A DNA stretch of 64,000 bases from an uncultured Verrucomicrobiae bacterium (GCA_963707025.1 CAVPOM010000003.1:32001-96000), one strand, 5' to 3'; positions 40,492 to 50,587 are shown, counted from the first letter of the stretch. Translations and numbers: made by a program. Notes: a model not told the origin generated them from the sequence alone.

Positions 40492-40700
40492 GACGCCCTG
40501 CCGAAAACTTCGTGGAAAGCCAAACCCTTATCTTTCTGCGACAACAACTCTTCGAGGCGGCTGTTTAGCTCGCCTTTGATCTCCGCGTCCGTGCGGGAAT
40601 CGGTTTCCAGGCTCTGAATCATCAACCTTGCCAAAGCCGCCCGGTCTTCGGGCGACAAGGACAGTGCTTCTTCGGCCACAGTTAAATTCTTTAGCGGCAT
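40488..40700 (-). CDS. Addiction-module antitoxin (TIGR02574-like)
   Basis: EEALSLSPEDRAALARLMIQSL...ELNSRLEEL. Confidence 0.8.
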   Translation of the reverse strand: MPLKNLTVAEEALSLSPEDRAALARLMIQSLETDSRTDAEIKGELNSRLEELLSQKDKGLAFHEVFGRAS

Positions 40701-40862
40701 GAGCAAATTGTACCGCAAATTATTGCCGACGCAAGGTTTTTAGCTGGAGACCGTGGGAGCGGTATCGCTCACAAAGCGGTGGAACCCAGCCGGCGGGGGC
40801 GCCGACTGGAACATCCCGATTCGGAATCGGGACGTGTGCTCCCCGGAAGCACCCATAATCCG

Positions 40863-41972
40863 TCAATGATGGGCGTGGGCGAAGAGGAGGAGGAGGCCGC
40901 CGACGGCGAGGGCGCCCAGGACGGCCAGGGTGATTTTGATCCAGCTCTTGGGGTACTTGCCGGCGATGGTCCCGGTGTAGCCGTTGATGACGACTTGGAA
41001 ATGTTTTGCGCCATAGTCGTAGGTGAGCAGCCAGATGGGCACCAGAATGTGCTTGAAGGTCTGGCCGCTGTAGTCGCTCTGGACTTGCAGGTTGCGCTGG
41101 GTGTCGCCGGGGACCTGGGCGGAGCAAAGGTGCTCCATTGCGGCATCCATGTCTGCGCGGGCTTCCTGGGCGGCGGTGACGAGGTCAATTTGGTAGCGTT
41201 CCACCACCCAGCCGGAAAGGAAGGCGGCGTTGTAGGGGGACAGTTCCTTGGTGGGGAACGGCTCGATGCGGCGCAACATTTCGGGATGGACGCCGCGGGA
41301 GGCCGGCTCCAGTTCGTCGTCGAAGAAATGGTCCACGGCGCCGGAACTGGGGACCCAGCGGACTTTCTGTACTTGACGGGTCTGGGTGTTGCCGTTGGCG
41401 TCGCGGTAGGTCTCGGTCTCGTAGTAGTAATAGCCGCTTTCGGCGGTCCAGTCGGCGTGGACCTGGGCGTCGAAGGTCCAATAGGGGATGTAGAGACCCT
41501 TGGCGGTGTCGGTCAGGGCGGCGTCTTTGAGGCGGTTGGGGGCGAACCAGCGGGTGGCATACCAGCGGCGAATGTCGTCGCGCGCCTGGTTTTCGGCCAG
41601 CTTCATGGGCAGGAGGCTTTCCGGACGGAAGGCGGCCTTGATTTCCTCGTAGGGAACCAGGGCGGAGGAGCCGCAGAAATCGCAGCGCTGGCTGACGTGG
41701 GCGGGATCGAAGACGGAGATGGCCTGGCAGCTCTGGCATTTGACGGAGATTTTTTCGGCCTGCCAGCCGCGCTGGTCGTCGGGGATGCCGCGCAAGGCGG
41801 CCACCAGATCATGTTCCACGATGACTTCCTTGCCGGCGGCGTTGAGTTCGGCCTGGGCCGGGGAGACGGTGCCGCAGAAGGGGCAGAGGATGGCCTTTTT
41901 GGCGGGGTTCCATTGGGCTTCGCCGCCGCAGGAGGGGCAACTGAACTTTTTTTTGGCGGTGGCGTCGCTCAT
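40863..41972 (-). CDS. Zinc-ribbon protein with C-terminal TM anchor
   Basis: CPSCG, CPFCG, CQSC, CDFCG; GLYIPYWTFD; VINGYTG; hydrophobic tail. Confidence 0.82.
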   Translation of the reverse strand: MSDATAKKKFSCPSCGGEAQWNPAKKAILCPFCGTVSPAQAELNAAGKEVIVEHDLVAALRGIPDDQRGWQAEKISVKCQSCQAISVFDPAHVSQRCDFCGSSALVPYEEIKAAFRPESLLPMKLAENQARDDIRRWYATRWFAPNRLKDAALTDTAKGLYIPYWTFDAQVHADWTAESGYYYYETETYRDANGNTQTRQVQKVRWVPSSGAVDHFFDDELEPASRGVHPEMLRRIEPFPTKELSPYNAAFLSGWVVERYQIDLVTAAQEARADMDAAMEHLCSAQVPGDTQRNLQVQSDYSGQTFKHILVPIWLLTYDYGAKHFQVVINGYTGTIAGKYPKSWIKITLAVLGALAVGGLLLLFAHAHH

Positions 41973-41982
41973 GGAGCGGGAA

Positions 41983-42069
41983 GAATTATGAATTATGAAT
42001 TATGAATTATAAATGACAGAAACGCGGAAGATTAGGATTAAGATTAGGATTAGGATTAAGATTAAGATT
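41983..42069. repeat. (GAATTAT)4 heptamer tract plus about 7 GATTA(A/G) hexamers
   Basis: Direct reading; the SPFH stop codon lies within the hexamer tract. Confidence 0.85.
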
Positions 42070-43174
42070 TCAGGAAATCGTCGAGGGCGGCGCGGGTGAT
42101 GCGCCAGGAGGCGCCGATCTTTTTTCCCTTGAGGGAGCCGTCGGCCAGGGCGCTGAGGACATCGTTCTCGCTGACGTTGAGGACCAGGGCGGCGCCGGCG
42201 GGGGTGAGCAATTCCGGAGCGGCGCCGGAGGCGGAGGAGGCTGACGCGCCTCCCGTGCCGGTGACCGGGACGACGGGAGGGATGGCGGATTTTGTGGACG
42301 GGGTGGACGGGGCGGCGGCGGCGGCGCCCATGGTTTGGGCGATTTGCTGGCCCATGGCCAGGCCGGCGCCGAGTTGGGAGGCGGCCGCAGCCAGTCCGCC
42401 GCCTTCGCCTTTGGCCAGGGATTCGGCCATCTGGAATTTGATGTAATCATTGAGATTTCCCACGGCAGCCATGCTGGAGCGTTTGTCAATGGATTGCTCG
42501 ACTTCGGGCGGAAGGGAGACGTTTTCGACGATGAAACTGGAGATTTCCAAGCCGTATTTGGTTGTGACGGCGGGGTTGATGACGGGCAGGAGGGCCTCGC
42601 CCAGCTCCTCGTAGCGGGCGGCCACGTCGAGCACGGGCACTTTGGCCAGGGCCACGGCTTCGGTGAAGACGCTGACGATGCGGGAGCGCATGGTGTCGCC
42701 GAATTCGTCGAGGCGGAAATGGGCGTCGGTGCCGGCGACTTCCTTGAGAAACAGTTTCACATCCACGACATGGAAATCGTAGGTGCCGTAGGCGCGGACG
42801 CGGACCATGCCGAAATCGGCGTCGCGCATCATGATGGGGTTGGCAGTGCCCCATTTGTTGCCGGTGAACAAGCGGGTGTTGACGAAATAAACGTCGGCCT
42901 TGAAGGGGGATTCGAGGCCGTATTTCCAGCCCTTCAGCGTGGAGAGGATGGGGATGTTGTCGGTGACCAGGGTGTGGGTGCCGGGGCCGAAGGTGTCGCC
43001 GAACTGGCCTTCATAGACGAACTGGGCGGCCTGGGATTCGCGCACGATGAGTTGGGCGCCGCGCTTGATCTCCTTCTGCTCGTCGGGGTAGCGCCAGGAG
43101 AGGGTGTCGCGGGAGTCGTCCTGCCATTGGATGATTTCCAGGAACTGGGTCTTCAGGTAACTGATCAAACTCAT
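42062..43174 (-). CDS. SPFH (YdjI-like) protein with C-terminal excisionase-like HTH
   Basis: AQLIVRESQ.A.F, SPFKADVYF, KWGTANP, ENVSLPPEV; C-terminal ELLTP..AA..L...GKKIGASWRI. Confidence 0.87.
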   Translation of the reverse strand: MSLISYLKTQFLEIIQWQDDSRDTLSWRYPDEQKEIKRGAQLIVRESQAAQFVYEGQFGDTFGPGTHTLVTDNIPILSTLKGWKYGLESPFKADVYFVNTRLFTGNKWGTANPIMMRDADFGMVRVRAYGTYDFHVVDVKLFLKEVAGTDAHFRLDEFGDTMRSRIVSVFTEAVALAKVPVLDVAARYEELGEALLPVINPAVTTKYGLEISSFIVENVSLPPEVEQSIDKRSSMAAVGNLNDYIKFQMAESLAKGEGGGLAAAASQLGAGLAMGQQIAQTMGAAAAAPSTPSTKSAIPPVVPVTGTGGASASSASGAAPELLTPAGAALVLNVSENDVLSALADGSLKGKKIGASWRITRAALDDFLKS

Positions 43175-43310
43175 AATGCGCCTTTCTTTTTTCTGTTTTG
43201 ACTATAATCGTTGCGCGGGGCTAAAGTGGAAAGTACAAATTTAGCCGAAAAATGTAATGGCCGGGGGCGAATTGTGAATTTTGAATAGCGAATGGTGAAA
43301 GGAAAACCGA

Positions 43311-44039
43311 ATGCCGGCTGAAACACTCAATTGCCCGATGTGCGGGGCGGCGGTTTCGACGGAAGCGACGCTGTGCGAACATTGCGGGGCGCGGCTGGCG
43401 ACGGTGGCCTGCCCGAAGTGCTTTGGCATGATGTTCGTGGGGGAGAAGTTTTGCTCGCATTGCGGCGCGCAGGCGGACCGGGTGGAAGTGGCGGGGGCCA
43501 AGCCCGAGATGTGCCCGCGCTGCAAAGTGGTGATGAACGCGGTGGTCATCGGCGGCAGCCCGCTGCGGGAATGTCCGCGCTGCGAAGGGATCTGGGCCGA
43601 CGCGGACACGTTGCACAAGATTTGCGAGGACGTGGAAAAGCAGTCGGCGGTGCTGGGGATGGCGTCGGCGGTGGTGAAGCCGGAAGCGGTGGAACTGGAG
43701 CAGCATATCCATTACATCCCGTGTCCGGTGTGCGGGGGGTTGATGAACCGGGTGCAGTTCGCGAATTGTTCGCACGTCATTGTGAACGTGTGCCGGGAGC
43801 ACGGGACGTGGTTTGACCGGGACGAATTGCGGCGCATCGTGGAGTTCATCCAGTCGGGCGGAATGGTGGAGGCGCGCGCGCAGGAGATTGCGGACCTGGA
43901 GCGGGCACGGCGGGCGGTGGAGGGACATGCGGTGCCGCTGGATCTGGGGTCCGGCTTTTCCCCGGGAGCGAATTACGATCTGTGGAAAGTCGGGATTGGG
44001 GCGGCGGCGGTTTTTCTCAGGTTGTTGCTAAGGAGGTAG
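43311..44039 (+). CDS. Double zinc ribbon plus tandem zf-TFIIB-like protein
   Basis: Eight CxxC/CxxH knuckles; CEGIWAD and HGTWFDRDEL. Confidence 0.82.
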   Translation: MPAETLNCPMCGAAVSTEATLCEHCGARLATVACPKCFGMMFVGEKFCSHCGAQADRVEVAGAKPEMCPRCKVVMNAVVIGGSPLRECPRCEGIWADADTLHKICEDVEKQSAVLGMASAVVKPEAVELEQHIHYIPCPVCGGLMNRVQFANCSHVIVNVCREHGTWFDRDELRRIVEFIQSGGMVEARAQEIADLERARRAVEGHAVPLDLGSGFSPGANYDLWKVGIGAAAVFLRLLLRR

Positions 44040-44098
44040 ATGGGAAGGGAGGAAGGCAGAGGGAGAGTCGCCAACAGGAGGGCAGTGTTTGATTCCTG

Positions 44099-44182
44099 CT
44101 CTTAATCCTAATCTTGATCTTAATCCTGCTCCTGAACGCCACCCAAAGCAGATTAAGATTAAGATTAGGATTAAGATTAAGA
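44099..44182. repeat. Inverted pair of hexamer tracts forming a long stem-loop
   Basis: CTTAATCCTAATCTTGATCTTAATC ... GATTAAGATTAAGATTAGGATTAAG. Confidence 0.8.
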
Positions 44183-44262
44183 GGAAGGGCCGATGGCGGA
44201 GGGCGAGGGAGAATTGCGGCACGGAAATTTGCTTTTGGCGCGGCGGAGGATAGGTTGACTCT

Positions 44263-45294
44263 GTGGAAAGAACCGAGAAGAGCCGGCTGGATCCGGCGTT
44301 GAAAAAGCGCATCCAGGAGTTGATCGCGCTGCAAGGCGGGGGAGCGAACCCGGATTTGGTGGAGGACATCATCGCCAACGCACTCAAGCTGCTGACCGAT
44401 GTGAAGGACCGGGGCGATGCGCGGGTGATCCGCACGGCGGTGCGGGAGTTGCGCTACGCCTTCCGGCTCTTCGCGCCCTACCGGGACACGCGCAAGGTGA
44501 CGATTTTTGGGTCGGCCCGCACGGAGCCGGCGCAGGCGGAATACCGGGAGGCGGTGGAATTCGCGCGGCAGATGGCGGCGGCCGGATTCATGGTCATCAC
44601 CGGGGCGGGGCCGGGGATCATGCAGGCGGGCCACGAAGGGGCGGGGCCGGAAAGGAGTTTTGGGGCGAACATCCGGCTGCCCTGGGAACAGGCGGCCAAT
44701 CCGATAATTGACAAGGACGAGAAGCTGATCCACTTCAAGTATTTTTTCACGCGCAAGCTGACCTTTGTGCGGCATTCCGACGCGCTGGCCCTGTTTCCCG
44801 GGGGATTCGGCACGCTGGACGAGAGCTACGAGGCGCTGACGCTGATGCAAACGGGCAAAGGGCGGCTGGTGCCGCTGGTGCTGCTGGACCGGCCGGGGGG
44901 GAATTATTGGAAGACCTGGGACAAGAGTGTGCGGGAGCAACTCTTGCGGGCGGACCTGATTTCCCCGGAAGACCTGCATCTTTACCAGATAGCCAGCTCG
45001 GCCAGCCATGCGGTGCGGATCATCACGCGGTTTTATCGCAACTATCATTCCAGCCGGTTTGTCAAGGACTTGCTGGTGATCCGGCTGAAAAATGTGCCGC
45101 CGCCCTCGGCCCTGGAGGGGTTGAACGATGATTTTGGGGACATCATCAGCGGGGAGAAATTTCAGGCGATTGCCGCGACGCCGCAGGAGCGGGAGGACGA
45201 CGATTGCCTGGGGCTGGGGCGGATCGCGTTTGGATTTGACCGGCGCAAATACGGGCGGCTGCGGCAACTGATTGATGTGTTGAACAGTTTCTGA
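44263..45294 (+). CDS. LOG family (TIGR00730) nucleotide phosphoribohydrolase, long form
   Basis: IFGSART, ITGAGPGIM, FKYFFTRK, PGGFGTLDE. Confidence 0.9.
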   Translation: MERTEKSRLDPALKKRIQELIALQGGGANPDLVEDIIANALKLLTDVKDRGDARVIRTAVRELRYAFRLFAPYRDTRKVTIFGSARTEPAQAEYREAVEFARQMAAAGFMVITGAGPGIMQAGHEGAGPERSFGANIRLPWEQAANPIIDKDEKLIHFKYFFTRKLTFVRHSDALALFPGGFGTLDESYEALTLMQTGKGRLVPLVLLDRPGGNYWKTWDKSVREQLLRADLISPEDLHLYQIASSASHAVRIITRFYRNYHSSRFVKDLLVIRLKNVPPPSALEGLNDDFGDIISGEKFQAIAATPQEREDDDCLGLGRIAFGFDRRKYGRLRQLIDVLNSF

Positions 45295-45346
45295 TTAAGA
45301 ACTCACCGACGGGGACGATTGGAACCGAACTCTGTTCCCGTTTCAG

Positions 45347-45784
45347 CTACGGAGAAACAGGGATCAGTCCAACTCGGCCGGCCAAACTGGATTGGCGCGC
45401 GTCAAAAGTGCAAAATTCCGTGGCGCCGATGAGTTTGGCGGCTGCGACGTGCAGAACGTCCAGTGTGCGGCAACCCACAACCGGGGTGTGGTTGAGAGCG
45501 GACGCTTCAGCCTCTGCCATCACACGATGCCACAGACCGCCACGCGCGACCAGCAAACCGGCGGCATAATCATGTTCGATTTCCAACCACGCTGCTTGAA
45601 CCTCCTGTTGCGTCAGCCGTTGCTGAAACAAGGCCAGACTCATCCCGTTGCGCAACTCGAGGCGGTGAAAGACGGTAAAAGGCAAGGGGGCCGGGTTAGC
45701 CTGACGCCAGGCATCGGCCCTGGGCGAATTCGCGTCGGTTGCATACAGCGAAAACAGAAAGCTGGTATCAGCGTAGGTTTTCAA
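45347..45784 (-). CDS. vapC: VapC PIN-domain toxin
   Basis: YADTSFL, LELRN, RTLDVLHVAAA, FCTFDARQ. Confidence 0.88.
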   Translation of the reverse strand: MKTYADTSFLFSLYATDANSPRADAWRQANPAPLPFTVFHRLELRNGMSLALFQQRLTQQEVQAAWLEIEHDYAAGLLVARGGLWHRVMAEAEASALNHTPVVGCRTLDVLHVAAAKLIGATEFCTFDARQSSLAGRVGLIPVSP

Positions 45785-46029
45785 AACCGTTCTTCCGCGC
45801 GAGCGAGCAGCACCATGTTGGGGAGAACTTTGCCGCCGAAAATCCGGCGGCGACGGGCGGAATAATCAGGCAGCGGCGAAGTCCGTCCGGCTTTTTCGCC
45901 GGGGCCTTCGCCTTGGGCATGGCTGATCGTGGCGTCCTGCAAATCATCCAACAGCCAACGGGCGATTTCCCAGCGCTCTTGCGGCGGCAACTGCCGCAAC
46001 GCCGCCTCGATTTCCAAAACCTTGCTCAT
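45781..46029 (-). CDS. Putative antitoxin of the VapC toxin
   Basis: 4-nt overlap with vapC; MSKVLEIEAALRQLP N-terminus; LPDYSARRRRIFG C-terminus. Confidence 0.7.
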   Translation of the reverse strand: MSKVLEIEAALRQLPPQERWEIARWLLDDLQDATISHAQGEGPGEKAGRTSPLPDYSARRRRIFGGKVLPNMVLLARAEERF

Positions 46030-46195
46030 GATGGTCAAACATACCAGAACCATCCCGCGTTTGCGAGAGGCATTTTGCGATCCACCAACACTCAGCCGCT
46101 AATTTGTAGAGAGGCGGCGGTACGGCGGTTGAACATCACCGGCTTCGATTTCATATCAATAAATTAGGATACTAAGACTAAGATGAAGATTAAGA

Positions 46196-47560
46196 TCAGG
46201 GATGGGAGGAAGCCGGCCGGAGGAGGTCCGTGCAACGATGGGGACGGTCGGCGACCAGCCAGCGGCTGGCTTTCATTTCGAAGCGCGGCAGGGTTCCGGC
46301 GGGGGCCAGGATGATGGGGACGCGCAGATTGAAGGCGGCGTGCAGGCCGGTCTGGATGCGCCGGACAAGGGCTTCGGGGTCGGGGCAGCCGGCGCTCAAC
46401 TCAATGCGCAGGGTGAGTTCGGACAGGCTGGCGGACGGATCCACTTTGACCTGATATTCGACAACTTCGGCGAAGCCATGCAATAAATCCTCCACCGCGG
46501 AGGGATAGATGTTCACGCCCCGCACGATGAGCATGTCGTCGGCCCGGCCCAGGATGCCGCCCGCCAGAGCCAGGTCGTGGCAGCCGCACAGGCAGGGCGG
46601 AGCGGCGCTGGTTTGCGGTGGTCGCAGACCGCCGCTACTGGCCGGGGCCACGCGCACCAGGTCGCCGGTGCGGTAGCGCAGGAGCGGGGAGGGGAGCCGG
46701 TCCAGGGTGGTCACGACCAATTCGCCCATTTCACCGGCGGGAACGGGGTTTCCCCTGGGAGCAAGGACTTCCGGGAAATAGGCCGATTCGATGACGTGCA
46801 GGACGCCGGCCTGGGCCGGGCACTGGTGGCTGATGGGTCCGGTTTCGGTCATGCCGTGATGGTCGAAGATGCGGGCGCCGGGCCAGAGTTGTTCCAGCCG
46901 CCGGCGGGTGGCGGGAATGCTGCCGCCCGGCTCGCCCGCCACGATGATGGAGCGGACGGGCGAGGAACGGAGGTCTATGTTGCCGGCCGCGGCCACTTCG
47001 GCCAGGCGGACGGCGTAGCTGGGGGTGCAGCAGAGGACGGTGGCGGAGTTGTCAATAATAGCTTTGAGGCGGCCGGGGCTGCCCAGGCCGCCGCCGGGAA
47101 GGCAGAGGCAGCCCAGTTGCTGGGCGGCGTCGAAGGCGAGCCAGAATCCGAGGAAGGGACCGAAGGAGAAGGCGAAATAAACGCGGTCGCCGGGCCGGAC
47201 GCCGGCGAGGCGGTATATTTTCTTCCAGCTTTCCACCATGGATTGCCAGCTTTCCGGGGTGTCGAGCCAGCGCAACGGGGTGCTGGTCGTGCCGCTGGTT
47301 TGGTGGAAACGGGTGCAGGAGGCGGCCGGAGAAGTGAGGTTGGAGCCATAGGGCGGAAAGGCGCGCTGGTCGGCGCTCAATTCCTCCTTGGTGGTGAAGG
47401 GGAAGCGGCGGAAATCCTCCAGGCTGGAAAGGCGGGTGTCCAGGCCGGAGAATTTCTGCCGGTAAAAACGGTTGGCGGGAAGAATGGCGGCGAGCAACCG
47501 GCGCAGTTGGGCCAGTTGTTGGGCGGCGATGGCCGGGCGGGTGGGAAACTCGCTCGCCAT
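46196..47560 (-). CDS. Phenylacetate-CoA ligase family protein
   Basis: FPFTTKEEL, QTSGTT, CTPSY, DHHGMTE, LLRYRTGD, GRADDMLIVRGVNIYP. Confidence 0.88.
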   Translation of the reverse strand: MASEFPTRPAIAAQQLAQLRRLLAAILPANRFYRQKFSGLDTRLSSLEDFRRFPFTTKEELSADQRAFPPYGSNLTSPAASCTRFHQTSGTTSTPLRWLDTPESWQSMVESWKKIYRLAGVRPGDRVYFAFSFGPFLGFWLAFDAAQQLGCLCLPGGGLGSPGRLKAIIDNSATVLCCTPSYAVRLAEVAAAGNIDLRSSPVRSIIVAGEPGGSIPATRRRLEQLWPGARIFDHHGMTETGPISHQCPAQAGVLHVIESAYFPEVLAPRGNPVPAGEMGELVVTTLDRLPSPLLRYRTGDLVRVAPASSGGLRPPQTSAAPPCLCGCHDLALAGGILGRADDMLIVRGVNIYPSAVEDLLHGFAEVVEYQVKVDPSASLSELTLRIELSAGCPDPEALVRRIQTGLHAAFNLRVPIILAPAGTLPRFEMKASRWLVADRPHRCTDLLRPASSHP

Positions 47561-48106
47561 TTATGGCTCGGCTTGAGGCGCGGCTTGGAAGGCGGCGGCG
47601 ACGGCCGCGGCAGCGGGTTTGCCGGCATGCGTGGGCGCGGCCGCCGGTTTAAACAACATCACCAAACAGCCGCCCGCCGCCGCCATGAGGATGCCCAGAT
47701 AAAATGGCCACGGAATGGAGCGCAGGCCATCCTTGGGCGGGTTCAAGCATAAGGCGACCACGGCGTTGACGACGGGCGCGCCGGCAAAAACGATGGACAT
47801 GACCACGCCGGGCTTGCCGCCGTTGCCGAAAGCGAGGAGGACGCAGAAGGCGCCCAAGGCGCCCACGATGCCGGCGACGAGCGACCAACCCATCCCCGCC
47901 GCTGGAAAGCTCCAATCGGCCTTGCGCGTGGCCAAAATAGCGACGGGCGCCAGGACGGCGGTGAGGAAATAGGCCAGGCCCACGAAGAGAAAGGATTTGT
48001 AGAGGGCATTGGTTTTATCGGCCATGGCCACCTGCCCGCTGTGGAGGAATATTCCGTATAGTCCCCAGGAAAGGACCGTCATCAACGCAAAAATGATCCA
48101 GCTCAT
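47561..48106 (-). CDS. Small multi-TM membrane protein (DMT/EamA-like)
   Basis: About 5 hydrophobic segments; VMSIVFAGAPVVNA. Confidence 0.75.
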   Translation of the reverse strand: MSWIIFALMTVLSWGLYGIFLHSGQVAMADKTNALYKSFLFVGLAYFLTAVLAPVAILATRKADWSFPAAGMGWSLVAGIVGALGAFCVLLAFGNGGKPGVVMSIVFAGAPVVNAVVALCLNPPKDGLRSIPWPFYLGILMAAAGGCLVMLFKPAAAPTHAGKPAAAAVAAAFQAAPQAEP

Positions 48107-48203
48107 ATATGTGAAACAATGCTAAAACTGCAACGGCCTAACTTTAGCCCGAAACAGGGGTTTGCGCAAATGAGAAAATAATTTAAGGTAATGCCTCAGT
48201 GAA

Positions 48204-48313
48204 GGAGTGCGCCCGTCCTCGGGCGCAGCATCAGGCAAAGACTCGGCGGTCTGGGGATTTGTCGGGCGCCCCGGCAGTTCGGACGCTGCTGCGCCCGGGG
48301 ACGGGCGCACTCC
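48204..48313. repeat. REP family A element, intact (equivalent of the empty IS target at 16 kb)
   Basis: GGAGTGCGCCCGTCCTCGGGCGCAGCA...TGCTGCGCCCGGGGACGGGCGCACTCC. Confidence 0.88.
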
Positions 48314-48345
48314 GACAGTCTCCCCGCCGTCACTGCGGCATTGCC

Positions 48346-48729
48346 TTAAAGGTGCTCGCGGCCGGCGAAGCCGGATTCCAGGTCGTGCCAGAATTCGATG
48401 TCCTCTTCGTCGCGCTCCCAGCAGAGGAAGATTTCCCGGCCGTCGCGGTAGGAGGGGAAATCAATCAGGCCGCGCTTGAGGTCCTTGACCTGGATTTGGC
48501 GGCGGTGGAATTCCAGCAGCACGTCGCGGCATTCGGCCAGGGTTTTGATGAGGTCGTTGACCGCTCTGCCGCCGGCGTCGCGGCTTTGGTCCAACAGGGC
48601 GCCGACTCTTTTGTCGAGGGTTTTGAGGCGGTCGGCGCATTTGTCCAGGCCGTCGAGCCAGAGGCGGACGTTGGGGAGCAGGGCGCGGGCTTGATCGACG
48701 GTGTAATGTTTGGAGAACTGCGGGGGCAT
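48346..48729 (-). CDS. DUF2203 family protein
   Basis: YTVDQARALLP...VKDLKRGLIDFP...FLCW...WHDLESGFAGR. Confidence 0.85.
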   Translation of the reverse strand: MPPQFSKHYTVDQARALLPNVRLWLDGLDKCADRLKTLDKRVGALLDQSRDAGGRAVNDLIKTLAECRDVLLEFHRRQIQVKDLKRGLIDFPSYRDGREIFLCWERDEEDIEFWHDLESGFAGREHL

Positions 48730-48736
48730 GGGGGGA

Positions 48737-50497
48737 TCAGGTGGCGCCGGCGTCCACCACCTGTAGTTTCTTCTTGACATCATCGTTGGGTTCGACGGCC
48801 AGGGATTTTTTCCAGTTTTCCACCGCCTTGCCCAACTGGCGGAGGGAGAGGTAAACATCGCCCAGGTGGTCGAGGATGGTGGGGTCGGGCTCGGGAGAGA
48901 GTTCGACCGCCTTGACCAGCCAGGGGAGGGCCGCCTGCGGCAGCTTGAGCTTGAAGAGGACCCAGCCCATGCTGTCGAGGTAGGCGGCGTTTTTGGGATC
49001 CAGCTTGCAGGCTTTCTCGATGTAAGCCCGGGCCTTGGGGAGGTGTTCGCCCTGGTCGGCCCACATGAAGCCCAGGTAGTTGAGGGCTTCGGCGTCGTCC
49101 GGGTCCAGGTCAATGCACTTTTGCAAATAGTCCTCGGCCCGGTGGTACTGGTGGTCGCGCTCGCAGGCGGCGCCGATTTGGAAATAGAATTGACGGTCCA
49201 GGCGGGCGGGATTGTTGGTGCGGGCCAGGGTTTCGGCGGCGGAAAAGTGGCGCACCGCTTCGCCATAATCCTTGAGCTGGAGGTTGACCAGGGCGTTAAA
49301 AAACCGGGCGTCGAAGCTGTCGGGAAAGCGGAGGCGGGCCAGATCGAGGATTTGCAAGGCGTCGTCGCCGCGGCGCAGGTCGGCCAGGACCAGGGCCAGA
49401 CGGTAATAGGCCTGTTCCAGTCCCGGCGCCAAGCGGCGGGCTTTTTCAAAATCGTCGGCCGCTTCGGCCAGCCGGCCGCCGGAGTGGGCCAGGATGCCCA
49501 GGTAATACCAGGCCTGGTAGTGGGCGGGGTCCTCCTTGACGATGGCTTGGAACTGGGCGGCGGCGTTGGTCACGTCGTGCGCGTCCAAGAGGATTTCCCC
49601 CAGCTTTTCGCGGAGGTGGTCGCGCAGGGTGACGGAGTCCGAGGTGGAGGAGTCAACGGCCTTGGTCAGGAGCCGGTTGTAAACCTCGCCGGCTTTCTTC
49701 AGTTCGCTCAGGTGCGCATAGGTGTCGGCCAGGCGCTCCCAGAGGTCCCGGGCGGAGAATTTCATGGCGGCGGCCCGGTCCAACAGGGCGACGGCGCGAA
49801 GACGCACGGGGTCCTTCTCTTTTTCCTGCGGTGCCCGGCAAGCGGCATAAAGGTCGGCCAGGGCGATGAGTTGGGCCGGGGTGTTGCGGATATGTTTGGC
49901 CGCTTGATCGAGGGTTTTGAGGGCCTTGGCCATTTTGCCGGTTTGCACCAGAACTTTTAGTTTGCTCTGGTAGCTTTGCAGGGCATCGGGCCGCCGGGCA
50001 ATGGCCTGGAGGCTGGCCGCCAGCGCGGCCCTGGTCTTGCCCGCCTGCAGATCCGCCAAGGCCAGCAAGCTGAAGATCGGCGCGGAAGCACCCGGACGGA
50101 CGGCGACTTTGGACAAGAGGGTGACGGCCCTTTCGGGATGATGCTGATCGAGAAGCCATTCGGCGACATCGCAGGCGGTTCTTTCGTTGCCCGGATCGGC
50201 CAGGACGGACTTGTAGAATTCCTCCATCGCCTCGTCGTGGCGGCCGGTGGCCTCGAAGCTTTCCCCGGCGGCGAAATGGGCCAGGGCCTCGGGGTTGCCT
50301 TTGCCCGAGGGCAGGGCATCGGCCGGCGCCTCCTCCCCCTCCTCCTCCGCAGGCTGGCCGCCGGCCAGGGCATTGGTGGGGGCGCCGGGCGGCGCGTTGG
50401 TTTTGGCCGAGGCGGTGTGGCGCGCCGGGACGGCCGCGCAAGCGCACAAAAGCGCCCCGGCGCAAGCCAGGAAAAAAGCTGACGGACAATACTTCAT
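48737..50497 (-). CDS. TPR-repeat lipoprotein
   Basis: Lipobox-like LLCAC; ALNYLGFMWAD, NAAYLDSMGWV, ILDHLGDVY. Confidence 0.87.
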   Translation of the reverse strand: MKYCPSAFFLACAGALLCACAAVPARHTASAKTNAPPGAPTNALAGGQPAEEEGEEAPADALPSGKGNPEALAHFAAGESFEATGRHDEAMEEFYKSVLADPGNERTACDVAEWLLDQHHPERAVTLLSKVAVRPGASAPIFSLLALADLQAGKTRAALAASLQAIARRPDALQSYQSKLKVLVQTGKMAKALKTLDQAAKHIRNTPAQLIALADLYAACRAPQEKEKDPVRLRAVALLDRAAAMKFSARDLWERLADTYAHLSELKKAGEVYNRLLTKAVDSSTSDSVTLRDHLREKLGEILLDAHDVTNAAAQFQAIVKEDPAHYQAWYYLGILAHSGGRLAEAADDFEKARRLAPGLEQAYYRLALVLADLRRGDDALQILDLARLRFPDSFDARFFNALVNLQLKDYGEAVRHFSAAETLARTNNPARLDRQFYFQIGAACERDHQYHRAEDYLQKCIDLDPDDAEALNYLGFMWADQGEHLPKARAYIEKACKLDPKNAAYLDSMGWVLFKLKLPQAALPWLVKAVELSPEPDPTILDHLGDVYLSLRQLGKAVENWKKSLAVEPNDDVKKKLQVVDAGAT

Positions 50498-50587
50498 GCG
50501 ACGTTACAGGACAAAAACCATCCTCCTCCGCTGGCGGGCGGACTGCGCCCGGCGCGCCGGGCAAACCCATGCTGTTAACCGCCCCGG

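Noticed and set aside
4987..48313. Family A repeats or hexamer tracts as a CRISPR array
   Set aside because: Dispersed, no repeat-spacer periodicity, no cas genes
48346..49449. 367-aa ORF as a single gene
   Set aside because: Only the last 127 aa (DUF2203) look real; the rest overlaps the TPR gene out of frame
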